DNA of 64,000 nucleotides from Rhodospirillales bacterium (GCA_029859805.1 JAOUCL010000001.1:1300-65299), one strand, 5' to 3'; numbered from the stretch's first letter, positions 22,796 through 31,396 are shown. Notes: generated from the sequence alone by a model not told the origin. Program-made: numbers and translations.

Positions 22796-24235
22796 GTGTT
22801 CTTCGAGCAGACCGTCGCCCTGCCGCTCTGGCTGGTGCTCCTTACTTGCCTGCTCGCCGCGCTGGCTCTGCTCGACCGCCTGCTGATGCCCAGCGCGCGC
22901 TGGTTCCTGCACCGCCGGCTCAACCGCGCGATCGAGAAGCTGAACGCCCGGCTGCACTTTCGTATCCGGCCCTTCACGCTGACCCGGCGGCGCGTGCTGG
23001 TCGACAACCTGACCTACGACCCCCAGGTGCTTGCCGCCGTGGAGCAGCTGGCCCGCGCGGAGAACCTGCCGCATGACGTGCTGATCGAGCGCGTCGGCCG
23101 CTATGCCCGAGAGATCGTGCCGGCCTTCAACGCCTACCTCTACTTCCGCCTCGGGGTCTGGCTGGCCCGGCGCTTGGCCCGTAACCTCTACCGGGTGCGG
23201 CTGGCCCAGGCCGACGACACCGCGCTCGAGGAGATCGGCGAAGATGCGGCAGTGGTCTTCGTCATGAACCACCGCTCCAATATGGACTACGTCCTGCTGG
23301 CCTTCCTGGCCGCCCGGCGCGCCGCGCTCAGCTTTGCCGCCGGGGAGTGGGCCCGGGTCTGGCCCCTGCAGGGCCTGGTGCGCGCCATGGGCGCCTACTT
23401 CGTGCGCCGCGACTCCGGCAACCTGCTGTATCGCCGGGTGCTGCAGCGCTACATCCAGATGGCCACCGCGGGCGGCGTGACCCAGGCCGTGTTTCCCGAG
23501 GGGGGCTTGAGCCGCGACGGTCGCCTGCGCGAGCCCAAGCTGGGTATTCTCGACTACATGGTCCGCGGCTTCCTGCCGAACGAGGGCCGCGACATCGTCT
23601 TCGTGCCGGTCGGCATCAACTACGACCGGGTTCTGGAGGAGGATAGCCTGCTGGGCATGACCGGTCCGCGTGCCACGCGCCGCGGCACCCGGCGGGCGCT
23701 TAGGACCGGCGCCGGCTTCCTGGTTCGCAACTTGTTTCTCATGAAAAAGCGCGAGCGCACCCGATTCGGCTACGCCTGCGTGAACTTCGGCCGGCCGATC
23801 TCGCTCAGGGCCTACCTGGGCGCGCGCGACAGCGTACCCGGTGCGCTCGACCGGGACGCGCGTTTCGCCGTCGTCGAAGCGCTCGGCCGCCACCTGATGC
23901 AGGAGATCGGCCGGGCCGTGCCGGTTCCGCCCATACCTCTCGTGGCCAACCTTTTCGCGCAGAATCCTGAAGCCTACCAGACCAGTGAGGAGCTGGCCGT
24001 CGCCCTGGACGCGCTGGCCGCCCGCCTGCGAGCGGTCGGGGCGAGGCTCCAGCTGCCTGGCGACGACCTGTCGAGCGCACTCAAAACCGGCCTGCGCACA
24101 CTGGTCCGGCGCGGCCTTATCGAAAGAGAGGCCGGCGGCTTCGTCGTGGTGGCCGGCGGGGGCGACCTGCTGACCTATTATGCCAACTCGATCGCGCACC
24201 TGATCGAACAAGACGCGAACGTATCCCCTGGGTAG
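22796..24235 (+). CDS. PlsB-type glycerol-3-phosphate/1-acylglycerol-phosphate acyltransferase (short form, N-terminal TM)
   Basis: 479 aa. All four GPAT blocks resemble E. coli PlsB: VMNHRSNMDYVLL (HX4D), GAYFVRR, FPEGGLSRDGR and IVFVPVGINYD. Confidence 0.75.
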   Translation: MFFEQTVALPLWLVLLTCLLAALALLDRLLMPSARWFLHRRLNRAIEKLNARLHFRIRPFTLTRRRVLVDNLTYDPQVLAAVEQLARAENLPHDVLIERVGRYAREIVPAFNAYLYFRLGVWLARRLARNLYRVRLAQADDTALEEIGEDAAVVFVMNHRSNMDYVLLAFLAARRAALSFAAGEWARVWPLQGLVRAMGAYFVRRDSGNLLYRRVLQRYIQMATAGGVTQAVFPEGGLSRDGRLREPKLGILDYMVRGFLPNEGRDIVFVPVGINYDRVLEEDSLLGMTGPRATRRGTRRALRTGAGFLVRNLFLMKKRERTRFGYACVNFGRPISLRAYLGARDSVPGALDRDARFAVVEALGRHLMQEIGRAVPVPPIPLVANLFAQNPEAYQTSEELAVALDALAARLRAVGARLQLPGDDLSSALKTGLRTLVRRGLIEREAGGFVVVAGGGDLLTYYANSIAHLIEQDANVSPG

Positions 24236-24263
24236 CGGGAACAGCCTGTCCCGCTTCGCGCCC

Positions 24264-25250
24264 TCAGAACATCGCCTCGAGTACCCGGTCGGGGGGGGTG
24301 TGGCCGTCGGCGAAGGTTTTGATATTGATGATGACCTTCTCGCCCATAGCGATGCGGCCCTCGAAGGTGGCCGAGCCCATGTGCGGCAGCAGGACCACGT
24401 TGTCAAGCTGGAGCAGCTTGGGGTTGATCGCAGGCTCGTGCTCGAAGACGTCGAGCCCGGCGCCCGCGATCTCGGCAGCCTGCAACATGCGGGTCAGCGC
24501 GTTCTCGTCGATCACCTCGCCGCGGCTGGTGTTTACGATGACGGCGTGGGGCTGCAGCAGCTTGAGCCGCCGGGCCGAAAGCAGGTGGTAGGTCGCAGGG
24601 GTGTGCGGGCAGTTGACCGAAATGATGTCCATGCGCGAGAGCATCTGGTCGAGGCTCTCCCAGTAGGTTGCCTCGAGTTCCGCCTCGATGTCCGGGTGTA
24701 CCCGGCGGCGGTTGTGGTAGTGGACCGAGAGCCCGAAGCCCCGGGCGCGCCGCGCCACAGCCTGGCCGATCCGGCCCATGCCGATGATGCCGAGCCGCTT
24801 GCCCCAGATCCGGTGGCCCAGCATGGAGGTCGGGCTCCAGCCCCGCCACTCGCCCGCGCGCACCAAGCGTTCGCCTTCCGCGAGGCGGCGCGGCACCGCG
24901 AGGATCAGGGCCATGGTCATGTCGGCCGTGTCCTCGGTCAGGACCCCCGGCGTGTTGGTGACGTTGATGCCGCGCTGACGCGCTGTCTTCAGGTCGATAT
25001 GGTCGACACCGGTGCCGAAGGAGGCGATCAGCTTGAGGTTCGGCCCGGCCTGAGAGAGCACACCGAGGTCGATCCGGTCGGTCACCGTCGGTACCAGCAC
25101 GTCGGCCTCCGCCGCCGCCTCGATCAACTCCGCCTGATTCATCGGCTCGTCTTCGATATTCAGGCGAGCGTCGAACAGCTCCATCATGCGCGTCTCGATG
25201 GCGTCCGGAAGCCGGCGCGTGACAATGACCAGCGGTTTCTTCTGGGGCAT
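24264..25250 (-). CDS. D-isomer-specific 2-hydroxyacid dehydrogenase (glyoxylate/hydroxypyruvate reductase-like)
   Basis: Track ORF 24264..25742 trimmed to MPQKKPLVIVTRRLP (328 aa). It has the NAD loop GIIGMGRIGQAVARR and the catalytic R/E/H region (NTSRGEVIDE...LPHMGSAT). Confidence 0.9.
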   Translation of the reverse strand: MPQKKPLVIVTRRLPDAIETRMMELFDARLNIEDEPMNQAELIEAAAEADVLVPTVTDRIDLGVLSQAGPNLKLIASFGTGVDHIDLKTARQRGINVTNTPGVLTEDTADMTMALILAVPRRLAEGERLVRAGEWRGWSPTSMLGHRIWGKRLGIIGMGRIGQAVARRARGFGLSVHYHNRRRVHPDIEAELEATYWESLDQMLSRMDIISVNCPHTPATYHLLSARRLKLLQPHAVIVNTSRGEVIDENALTRMLQAAEIAGAGLDVFEHEPAINPKLLQLDNVVLLPHMGSATFEGRIAMGEKVIINIKTFADGHTPPDRVLEAMF

Positions 25251-25406
25251 GAACCTCTCCCGGCAACGCCTGACTTTTCGGCTTGCCATAGCAGGTGCGC
25301 CGGTCCCTTGTCCAGAGCGCGCGCTCCGGTTCGCTCCGATCGCTTGACCGCGGACGGCCGGCGTGGGTAGGAGAACGCTCGGTACCCGCCGGGTACCGAA
25401 ATCTCT

Positions 25407-25970
25407 ATGAAGAGAAGTTGCCGGAGGTCCGCGTTGAGCCGCCGTGGCGTATTGTTCTTTTGTCTGGCGTTCCTGCCTGCCGCCTGGACCGGCACCGCCG
25501 CGGCCCAGGACGACGCCAAGCCGGCGGACACCCGCCAAGTCGAGCGGCCAGGGCGTACCGGCCTGCCGCTGCCGCGGTTCGTCTCGCTGCGCGCCGCCGA
25601 GATCAACCTGAGGATTGGCCCGGGCGTCCGCTATCCGATCGACTGGGTCTACCGACGGCGCGGGTTGCCGGTCGAAGTGATTGACGAATTCGAGACCTGG
25701 CGGCGCATCCGCGACCATGAAGGGACCACGGGCTGGGTGCACCAGTCTATGCTGGACGGCCGGCGCAGCGTCATGGTGACCGGCAAGGCCCGGCTGCTCA
25801 GACGCGCACCGGAGGCCGGCGCGCCCGGCGTCGCCCGCCTGGAAGCAGGCGTCATCGCCCGTCTGGAAGGCTGCGAGGGAGACTGGTGCCGCGTCACCGT
25901 GGACCGTTTCGGCGGCTGGCTGCGCCGCGGTGAGGTCTTCGGTCTCTATCCCGGCGAAACGGTTCCTTGA
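25407..25970 (+). CDS. Secreted bacterial SH3-like domain protein (DUF1058-like)
   Basis: 187 aa with a signal peptide (VLFFCLAFLPAAWTGTAAAQ). It carries two SH3b-like segments (RFVSLRAAEINLRIGPGVRYPIDWVY...WRRIRDHEGTTGWVHQSML; ...GDWCRVTVDRFGGWL). Confidence 0.65.
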   Translation: MKRSCRRSALSRRGVLFFCLAFLPAAWTGTAAAQDDAKPADTRQVERPGRTGLPLPRFVSLRAAEINLRIGPGVRYPIDWVYRRRGLPVEVIDEFETWRRIRDHEGTTGWVHQSMLDGRRSVMVTGKARLLRRAPEAGAPGVARLEAGVIARLEGCEGDWCRVTVDRFGGWLRRGEVFGLYPGETVP

Positions 25971-25973
25971 TCG

Positions 25974-27365
25974 TTACACGAAGCGTAGACGACTGCCCGG
26001 CGCCGCAGGTTTCGCCTTGGCGACCACCCGCTCCGCCGGGAAGCGGGCGGCAACGGTCGTGCCGGCCTCGGCCCGGCTCTCCACGTCGACCGAGCCGCCG
26101 TGGATCTCGACCAGGGCCTTGACGACGGACAGACCGAAACCCGGGCCTTCGAATTTCCCGGCGACCGAAGAGTCGATCCGGCTGAAATCCGAGATCGTTT
26201 TTGCAGCGTTTTCCCGATCAGCCGCACTCCCGCCGTCCGCGACCCTCAGGACGAGCTGTCCATCATCGTCGAGTTCGGTGACGACGGTGACTTGGCCGCC
26301 GCGGGGCGTGAACTGCACGGCGTTGCAGATCAGGCTGGACAGGATCTCGCCGAACGCGGAATCGTCCGCCCGCAAGACCGTGCAGGACTCGGAGAGGTCC
26401 GTCGTGAGGCGCACCCCGCCAGCCTCAGCCGTCTCGCGCACGCTCTCCACCGCGGCAGCCACGGCCTCGCGCAGGTCGAGTGGCTGATCGTCCAGTTTGA
26501 CCCTGCCCGACTCCATGCTCGACAGCATCAGGATCTCGTCGATCATCTTGAGAAGTTGTTCGGCGCTGGCGTTTATCGAGTGGACATAATCCTTGTACTG
26601 CTTCGAGCCGACCGGTCCGAACATCTCCGATTTTATGATTTCCGAGAACCCCAGTATGGCGTTGAGTGGCGTACGAAGCTCGTGGCTCATGGCGGCAAAG
26701 AACCGGGATTTGGCCTGGCTTCCGACTTCGCTCAGGTGCGCGCGCTCCAGTCTGTCGCCCAGGAGGAGGTTTTCGAAACGCAGGCTCAGGGATCGCACGA
26801 GCGATCGGTTGAAACGAGTCGCGACCGCGCAGAAAATCGCCCACATCAGGCAGGCCATGGCCGCCAGGACGAGGTATCGCGCGTCACCCTGTAACAGGTA
26901 GGCGCCGGCCTGCCCCAGGCCTATGAGGGTCAGGAAGGTCAGCGCCGCCGGCAGCCAGATGCTGAGCGTGACGATGGCACCGGCCGCCATTCCGGCCACG
27001 ACATAGGCGAGGACGAGCTCCGCGACGGGCTCGCCCGGAATGAACAAAAGCATGCAGCCGATGCCCCAGGCAGTCCCGCTGGCCACCGATCCAACAGTGA
27101 AAAACGTCGCCCAGCGCCCAGCGTCCTGCGCGCCCCCGGGTCGCTTGCGATACGCATAGGATAGGCCGGCACGCGCCAGGGTTATCACCCAGACGGCAGC
27201 GAGCCACAACAGCGCGGGCAGGCCGAGCCAATGCCAGAACAGGGCCACGACAAGGGCGGAGACCACGGCATTTGCAAGCAGGACGAACTTGTCCTGGCGG
27301 TACAGGGCAGCGACCTGCTCGGCCTTGATCCAGGCCCGCTTCATGGCTTCCGACTGGTCCGTCAT
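25974..27365 (-). CDS. Membrane sensor histidine kinase (orphan; no response regulator adjacent)
   Basis: Track ORF trimmed to MTDQSEAMKRAW (463 aa). About 6 N-terminal TM helices are followed by the HisKA H-box FFAAMSHELRTPLNAILGFSE and HATPase N/G boxes (ICNAVQFTPRGG, GPGFGLSVVKALVEIHGG). Confidence 0.88.
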   Translation of the reverse strand: MTDQSEAMKRAWIKAEQVAALYRQDKFVLLANAVVSALVVALFWHWLGLPALLWLAAVWVITLARAGLSYAYRKRPGGAQDAGRWATFFTVGSVASGTAWGIGCMLLFIPGEPVAELVLAYVVAGMAAGAIVTLSIWLPAALTFLTLIGLGQAGAYLLQGDARYLVLAAMACLMWAIFCAVATRFNRSLVRSLSLRFENLLLGDRLERAHLSEVGSQAKSRFFAAMSHELRTPLNAILGFSEIIKSEMFGPVGSKQYKDYVHSINASAEQLLKMIDEILMLSSMESGRVKLDDQPLDLREAVAAAVESVRETAEAGGVRLTTDLSESCTVLRADDSAFGEILSSLICNAVQFTPRGGQVTVVTELDDDGQLVLRVADGGSAADRENAAKTISDFSRIDSSVAGKFEGPGFGLSVVKALVEIHGGSVDVESRAEAGTTVAARFPAERVVAKAKPAAPGSRLRFV

Positions 27366-27692
27366 ACGACCAACCCTCCTGACGCCGAACGCCGGGGTCC
27401 ATGTAACGAAAGCGCAAGGAGGGGATGGTTTCCCGGCGGGTTCACGACTCCGGATAGTAAAACGTAAGAGACGGTCACCGCCGGATCTGAAAGAACGTTC
27501 TGGCGATACTTGGCCATTGTCGGTGTGCCCCGCAATTGAACCTCTTCCCTTGTTTTGGAAGTAGTTCCGGGGACAGCTTGCCAATGTGACGGCGGTCACG
27601 ATTGTGTCAAATTTAAAGAAAATCAGAGGTATCGGCCCCATGGCGTGTGCCGTTGGAGGCTCCGGCCTCGACAACCCCCTGGAATTGCGCCG

Positions 27693-28322
27693 TTACTCCG
27701 CGGCCGCGGCTTGGTGTCCCGCCAGCTCCTGCCATGCCTGGCGCAGGACCGATTGCCCGGCCCAGGCCGCGAGCGAGGCGATGACCAGGCCGACAAACAG
27801 ATCCGGCCAATGGGCACCGGTCACGGCGACGCCCCCGGCCGCCGCGAGGACCGCGAGGTTGCCAATGGCATCGTTGCGGCTGCACAGCCAGACCGCGCGC
27901 AGGTTGGCATCGCCCCCGCGGAAGCGGAACAGCAGCAGCGCACAGCCCAGGTTGGCGCAAAGCGCCAGCAGGCCGATGACACCCATCACCGGCGCTTCGG
28001 GGCTGGCGCCCAGGACCGCGTTGTGCACGCTGGAGCCGAGCACGAATAGCCCGAAGGCCAGCATCGCAAGACCCTTGACCAGGGCCGCGCCGGCCCGCCA
28101 GGAGAGCGGCTTGGACAGGACGTAGAGCGCCGTGGCGTAGTTGAGCGAATCGCCGAAGAAGTCGAGGGCGTCGGCCTGCAGCGCCACCGACTGGGCACCC
28201 CAGCCGGCGCCCGCCTCGATCAGGAACATCGCCACGTTGACGGTCAGCACCACCCCGAGCATCCGCCGCTGGACGCCAAGCGCCGGCGCGGCACAGCTGT
28301 CACCACAGCAACCGCCCGCCAT
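27693..28322 (-). CDS. Cation diffusion facilitator-type metal transporter, membrane domain only, with an N-terminal Cys-rich motif
   Basis: Track ORF trimmed to MAGGCCGDSCAAP (209 aa). CDF TM2/TM5 metal-site-like motifs are present (ALQADALDFFGDSLNY; CSRNDAIGNLAV). No C-terminal cytoplasmic domain is present. The ATG lies 1 nt after the arsR stop. Confidence 0.7.
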   Translation of the reverse strand: MAGGCCGDSCAAPALGVQRRMLGVVLTVNVAMFLIEAGAGWGAQSVALQADALDFFGDSLNYATALYVLSKPLSWRAGAALVKGLAMLAFGLFVLGSSVHNAVLGASPEAPVMGVIGLLALCANLGCALLLFRFRGGDANLRAVWLCSRNDAIGNLAVLAAAGGVAVTGAHWPDLFVGLVIASLAAWAGQSVLRQAWQELAGHQAAAAE

Positions 28323-28323
28323 G

Positions 28324-28653
28324 TCACGCCCGCCCCAAGGGTGGGCCCGGCCGGTCGACCTCGCCGATATGCTCAAGCATGTCCCTCAGCACCGTCCGCA
28401 CATGCTGGTCGGCCGCCACATAGAAGACCTGCTTGCCGCGCCGCTCGGCGCGTACCAGCCGGCTGGCCCGCAAACGGCCGAGATTATGGCTGACCAGCGA
28501 CTGCGACAGGCCGGTGGCCGCCGCGATTTCTCCCACCGGCCGCAGCCGGTCCAGCACCAGCACGAGAATGCGCAGACGGTTGGCGTCGCCCATGACGCGG
28601 AACACCTCCGCCAAATCATCGACACGCGTTTCATCCTGGCTGGTCGGGTTCAT
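28324..28653 (-). CDS. ArsR/SmtB family metalloregulator
   Basis: wHTH signature VFRVMGDANRLRILVLVL...GEIAAATGLSQSLVSHNLGRLRASRLV. The start could be MNPTSQ (28653) or the upstream ATG at 28668. Confidence 0.85.
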   Translation of the reverse strand: MNPTSQDETRVDDLAEVFRVMGDANRLRILVLVLDRLRPVGEIAAATGLSQSLVSHNLGRLRASRLVRAERRGKQVFYVAADQHVRTVLRDMLEHIGEVDRPGPPLGRA

Positions 28654-28673
28654 TAATAAAACGTTCATTCATG

Positions 28674-28687
28674 TGAACAATTGTTCA
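28674..28687. promoter_or_regulatory. Candidate ArsR/SmtB operator: perfect 14-bp palindrome TGAACAATTGTTCA
   Basis: Read directly from an AT-rich patch 6-21 nt upstream of the candidate arsR starts. TGAACA-N2-TGTTCA resembles the inverted repeats described for SmtB/CzrA-type operators. Confidence 0.6.
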
Positions 28688-28755
28688 TATAACATGCTTG
28701 GGTGCGAGAGTCCAGGGCCTCCGCCTCGGCGCTCGCGAAACGTCCGGTTGGAGGC

Positions 28756-29349
28756 CTAATCCAGGTCTTCGGCGAGAGCGGCGCGGGTCGCCTCGGGCAG
28801 GACTGCCATGTGGCTGTAGTTCGAGTGACCGAAGCCGAGCACGACCTCGGTGTCCGGGGCCTTGAAGCCCGCGGCCTGTTCGGCGGTCATGGGAAAATGG
28901 ATGAACTGTACCGACGAGGCCTTGCCGGCGGCGGTCGTGCGATCGACGTCCTCCTCCGGCAACCCGGTAATCGTTTCGCCCCCGAACCGCAGGAAGGCCG
29001 TCTCTTCCACGCCGCCCAGCTTGGCTAGCACGGCCTGCCGCCGCGCTGGGTCGTCGATCTCGAACATGACCGTGGCAACCAGCTCCCGGCCCTTCGGGAT
29101 CAAGGGATTATAGGCTGCCAGTTCATCGGGAATCTGCTCCTCGCCACCCTTTTCGATAAACAGCATCTCGTGGACCTGATGCCACATTGTCTCGTAGTTC
29201 TCGAAGTAGAAGGTGCAGTCCGGTCCGACCGGCATGCGCCGGTGCTTCTTGACCTCGACGAGCTTGGTCCGGCGTTCCTTGCGTTCACCGGCATAGCGTT
29301 CCATCGGCAGAATGTCCTCGCGGGTGATCTCGTGCTTCATGGCCATCAT
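28756..29349 (-). CDS. DUF3501 family protein (function unknown)
   Basis: Track ORF trimmed to MMAMKHEITREDILPMERY (GGAGGA 7 nt upstream). The sequence (FYFENYETMWHQVHEMLFIEK...AAYNPLIPKGRELVATVMFEI...SVQFIHF) matches my memory of DUF3501. It starts 28 nt after the Fe-S gene. Confidence 0.65.
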   Translation of the reverse strand: MMAMKHEITREDILPMERYAGERKERRTKLVEVKKHRRMPVGPDCTFYFENYETMWHQVHEMLFIEKGGEEQIPDELAAYNPLIPKGRELVATVMFEIDDPARRQAVLAKLGGVEETAFLRFGGETITGLPEEDVDRTTAAGKASSVQFIHFPMTAEQAAGFKAPDTEVVLGFGHSNYSHMAVLPEATRAALAEDLD

Positions 29350-29377
29350 TCCGTCATCCTCCAACTTTCGGGATCCG

Positions 29378-30724
29378 TCAGAGCGCGAGTCCATAGGCCT
29401 GGGCGAGAAGTTCGATCGGATGTCGCGCGCGGTCGATCTCCGGCTTGCCCTGGACCTCGAGGCGATCGATGCCCTGCAGGACGTGCTCGCCAGCCAACGG
29501 GCACTCCGAAGCGAGAAAGGTCTTGCCTGCCTCGGCCGCCTGGCGCGCCACCGGGCGGCCGACCTTGAGCGCCACCTCGAAGTTCTCCTTCAACACGCCC
29601 CAGGATCCGCCATGACCCGAACAGCGTTCGATGACCGCGACATCGGCCTCAGGGGCGAGACGCAGCATTTCGGCCGCTTTCTGGCCCATGTTCTGGGCCC
29701 GCGCATGACAGGCGATGTGTAGCGCAACCCCGCCCGGCAAGGGCCCGAGGCCCTCGGCCAGGCCCTCCTTCTTGGCGATGGCGACGACGTACTCGCTGAT
29801 GTCGAAGGTCGCCTGCGACAGCCGTTTGATGTCTTCGTCCTTGGGCAGGATCAACGGCCACTCGAACTTGAGCATGAGGGCGCAAGACGGCACCAGGGCG
29901 ATGATGTCGTAACCTTTTTCGATCCAGGGCTTCATCTCGGCCGCGATCCGCCTGGCATTCTCGGCCACCTTGGCGAGGTCGCCCTGCTCGAGTTGCGGCA
30001 TGCCGCAGCACGACGGGTAGACGACTTCGGTGTCGACCCCGTTGCGCGCCAGCACGGCGCGCGCGGCCATGCCTATGGCCGGGTTGTTGTAGTTGACGAA
30101 ACAGGTCGCGTAGAGCACGGCCTTGCGTCCGTGGGCCGGAGCCGCCGCGTTGACCTCGACGGCCTCGGTTCTGTCCCGCAGGGTGAAGGTCTTGCCGTGG
30201 AATTCCGGCAGGGCGGCGTCACGATGAATGTCGGCGGCCTTCTCCAGGACCGGCCGGGTGACCCGGTTCGAGGTTCCGCTGGCCCAGTTCACGACGCCGG
30301 GCGCCAGCCGAGCCAGCCGGCCGTTGCGGTCGGTCTTGGTGAATTGCCGGTGCACGGCGCTGGTCTCGCCCCGGGCGTGCTCGGCGGCACGATAGCGCAG
30401 CATCAAGTGCGGAAAGTCGAGATCGAACTCGTGCGGCGGCACATAGGGGCACTTGGTCATGAAACACAGGTCGCAGAGCGTGCAGGCATCCACGACGGGC
30501 TTGAAGTCCGAAGAGGCGACGGAATCGAGCTCGCCGGTCTCCGACTCGTCGATCAGGTCGAACAACCGCGGAAAGGAGTCGCACAGGTTGAAGCAACGGC
30601 GGCACCCGTGGCAGATATCGGAAACCCGGCGCAGTTCCTCGTCGATCTTCTCGGGATCTATGAAATCGGGATCGGTCCAGGCGATCGGATGCCGCGTCGG
30701 CGCGTCCAGGCTGCCTTCGCGCAT
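29378..30724 (-). CDS. HdrD/GlpC-like iron-sulfur protein (2x ferredoxin-type Cys motif + 2x CCG domain)
   Basis: 448 aa. It has CHGCRRCFNLCDSFP and CTLCDLCFMTKCPYVPP motifs. CCG-type regions follow (ATCFVNYNNP...PSCCGMPQ; VPSCALMLK...IACHARAQ...RCSGHGGSWG). Confidence 0.8.
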   Translation of the reverse strand: MREGSLDAPTRHPIAWTDPDFIDPEKIDEELRRVSDICHGCRRCFNLCDSFPRLFDLIDESETGELDSVASSDFKPVVDACTLCDLCFMTKCPYVPPHEFDLDFPHLMLRYRAAEHARGETSAVHRQFTKTDRNGRLARLAPGVVNWASGTSNRVTRPVLEKAADIHRDAALPEFHGKTFTLRDRTEAVEVNAAAPAHGRKAVLYATCFVNYNNPAIGMAARAVLARNGVDTEVVYPSCCGMPQLEQGDLAKVAENARRIAAEMKPWIEKGYDIIALVPSCALMLKFEWPLILPKDEDIKRLSQATFDISEYVVAIAKKEGLAEGLGPLPGGVALHIACHARAQNMGQKAAEMLRLAPEADVAVIERCSGHGGSWGVLKENFEVALKVGRPVARQAAEAGKTFLASECPLAGEHVLQGIDRLEVQGKPEIDRARHPIELLAQAYGLAL

Positions 30725-30782
30725 GGCTTTTTCCTCTGGCCTTTGAGAATGCGATCGAAAAATAGGGCGTGCGGCCAGGGCG

Positions 30783-30813
30783 AAGCGTCGCCGCGCCCTG
30801 GCCTGCCCCGCGT
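30783..30813 (-). terminator. Hairpin between rubrerythrin and the Fe-S gene (possible partial terminator)
   Basis: GGCCAGGGCG - 11 nt loop - CGCCCTGGCC, a perfect 10-bp stem. On the minus strand a TATTTTT run follows after a 9-nt spacer. Confidence 0.35.
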
Positions 30814-30852
30814 ACTCGGATCGAGCGAACCTCTGGGTTCGGCCTGACCCGG

Positions 30853-31275
30853 TCAGTCGTTCATGGTCTCCAGGGCCTTCTGGAAGCGGCCGGCGTGGCT
30901 CTTCTCGGCCTTGGCCAAGGTCTCGAACCAGTCGGCGATCTCGTCGAAGCCCTCCTCGCGGGCGCTGCGCGCCATGCCAGGGTACATATCGGTGTACTCG
31001 TGCGTCTCACCGGCAATCGACGCCTTCAAGTTGGCGTCGGTCGCGCCGATCGGCTCACCGGTCGCCGGATCGCCGACCTCTTCGAGGTACTGGAGGTGGC
31101 CATGGGCGTGACCGGTTTCGCCCTCGGCGGTGGAGCGGAACACGGCGGCGATGTCGTTGTAACCCTCGACGTCCGCCTTCTGGGCGAAATACAGGTAGCG
31201 CCGGTTGGCTTGGCTCTCGCCGGAAAATGCGTCCTTCAAGTTCTGCTCGGTCTTGCTCCCCTTTAACGCGGGCAT
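30853..31275 (-). CDS. Rubrerythrin-family diiron protein without a rubredoxin domain
   Basis: 140 aa. It has a four-helix diiron pattern with two ExxH motifs ([11 protein letters not shown]; [11 protein letters not shown]) plus ESQANRRY and [10 protein letters not shown]. There is no C-terminal CxxC pair. Confidence 0.88.
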   Translation of the reverse strand: MPALKGSKTEQNLKDAFSGESQANRRYLYFAQKADVEGYNDIAAVFRSTAEGETGHAHGHLQYLEEVGDPATGEPIGATDANLKASIAGETHEYTDMYPGMARSAREEGFDEIADWFETLAKAEKSHAGRFQKALETMND

Positions 31276-31396
31276 CGCTCTATCTCCCTAGTGTCTTTGA
31301 GGCTGGTTTGCGAAAAATGGCAGCGGTCCTGCCGCGGGACGGAGGTTCCGTCCCCATGCGACGATAGATAGCCCAAGCCACGGCCGTTGTCAATAG

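Noticed and set aside
21578-24406. A 942-aa minus-strand ORF spanning the cysK 3' end, moeB and the acyltransferase gene.
   Set aside because: It is antisense to three well-supported plus-strand genes. Its translation is Arg/Ala/Gly/Pro-rich low-complexity sequence with no motifs. This is a typical stop-codon-poor shadow frame of GC-rich DNA.
25380-25398. Hairpin CGGTACCC-GCC-GGGTACCG immediately upstream of the SH3-domain gene start.
   Set aside because: The 8-bp stem is real but short, with no supporting context (no U tract, no second copy). It might affect translation initiation, but the evidence is too thin to call it a feature.
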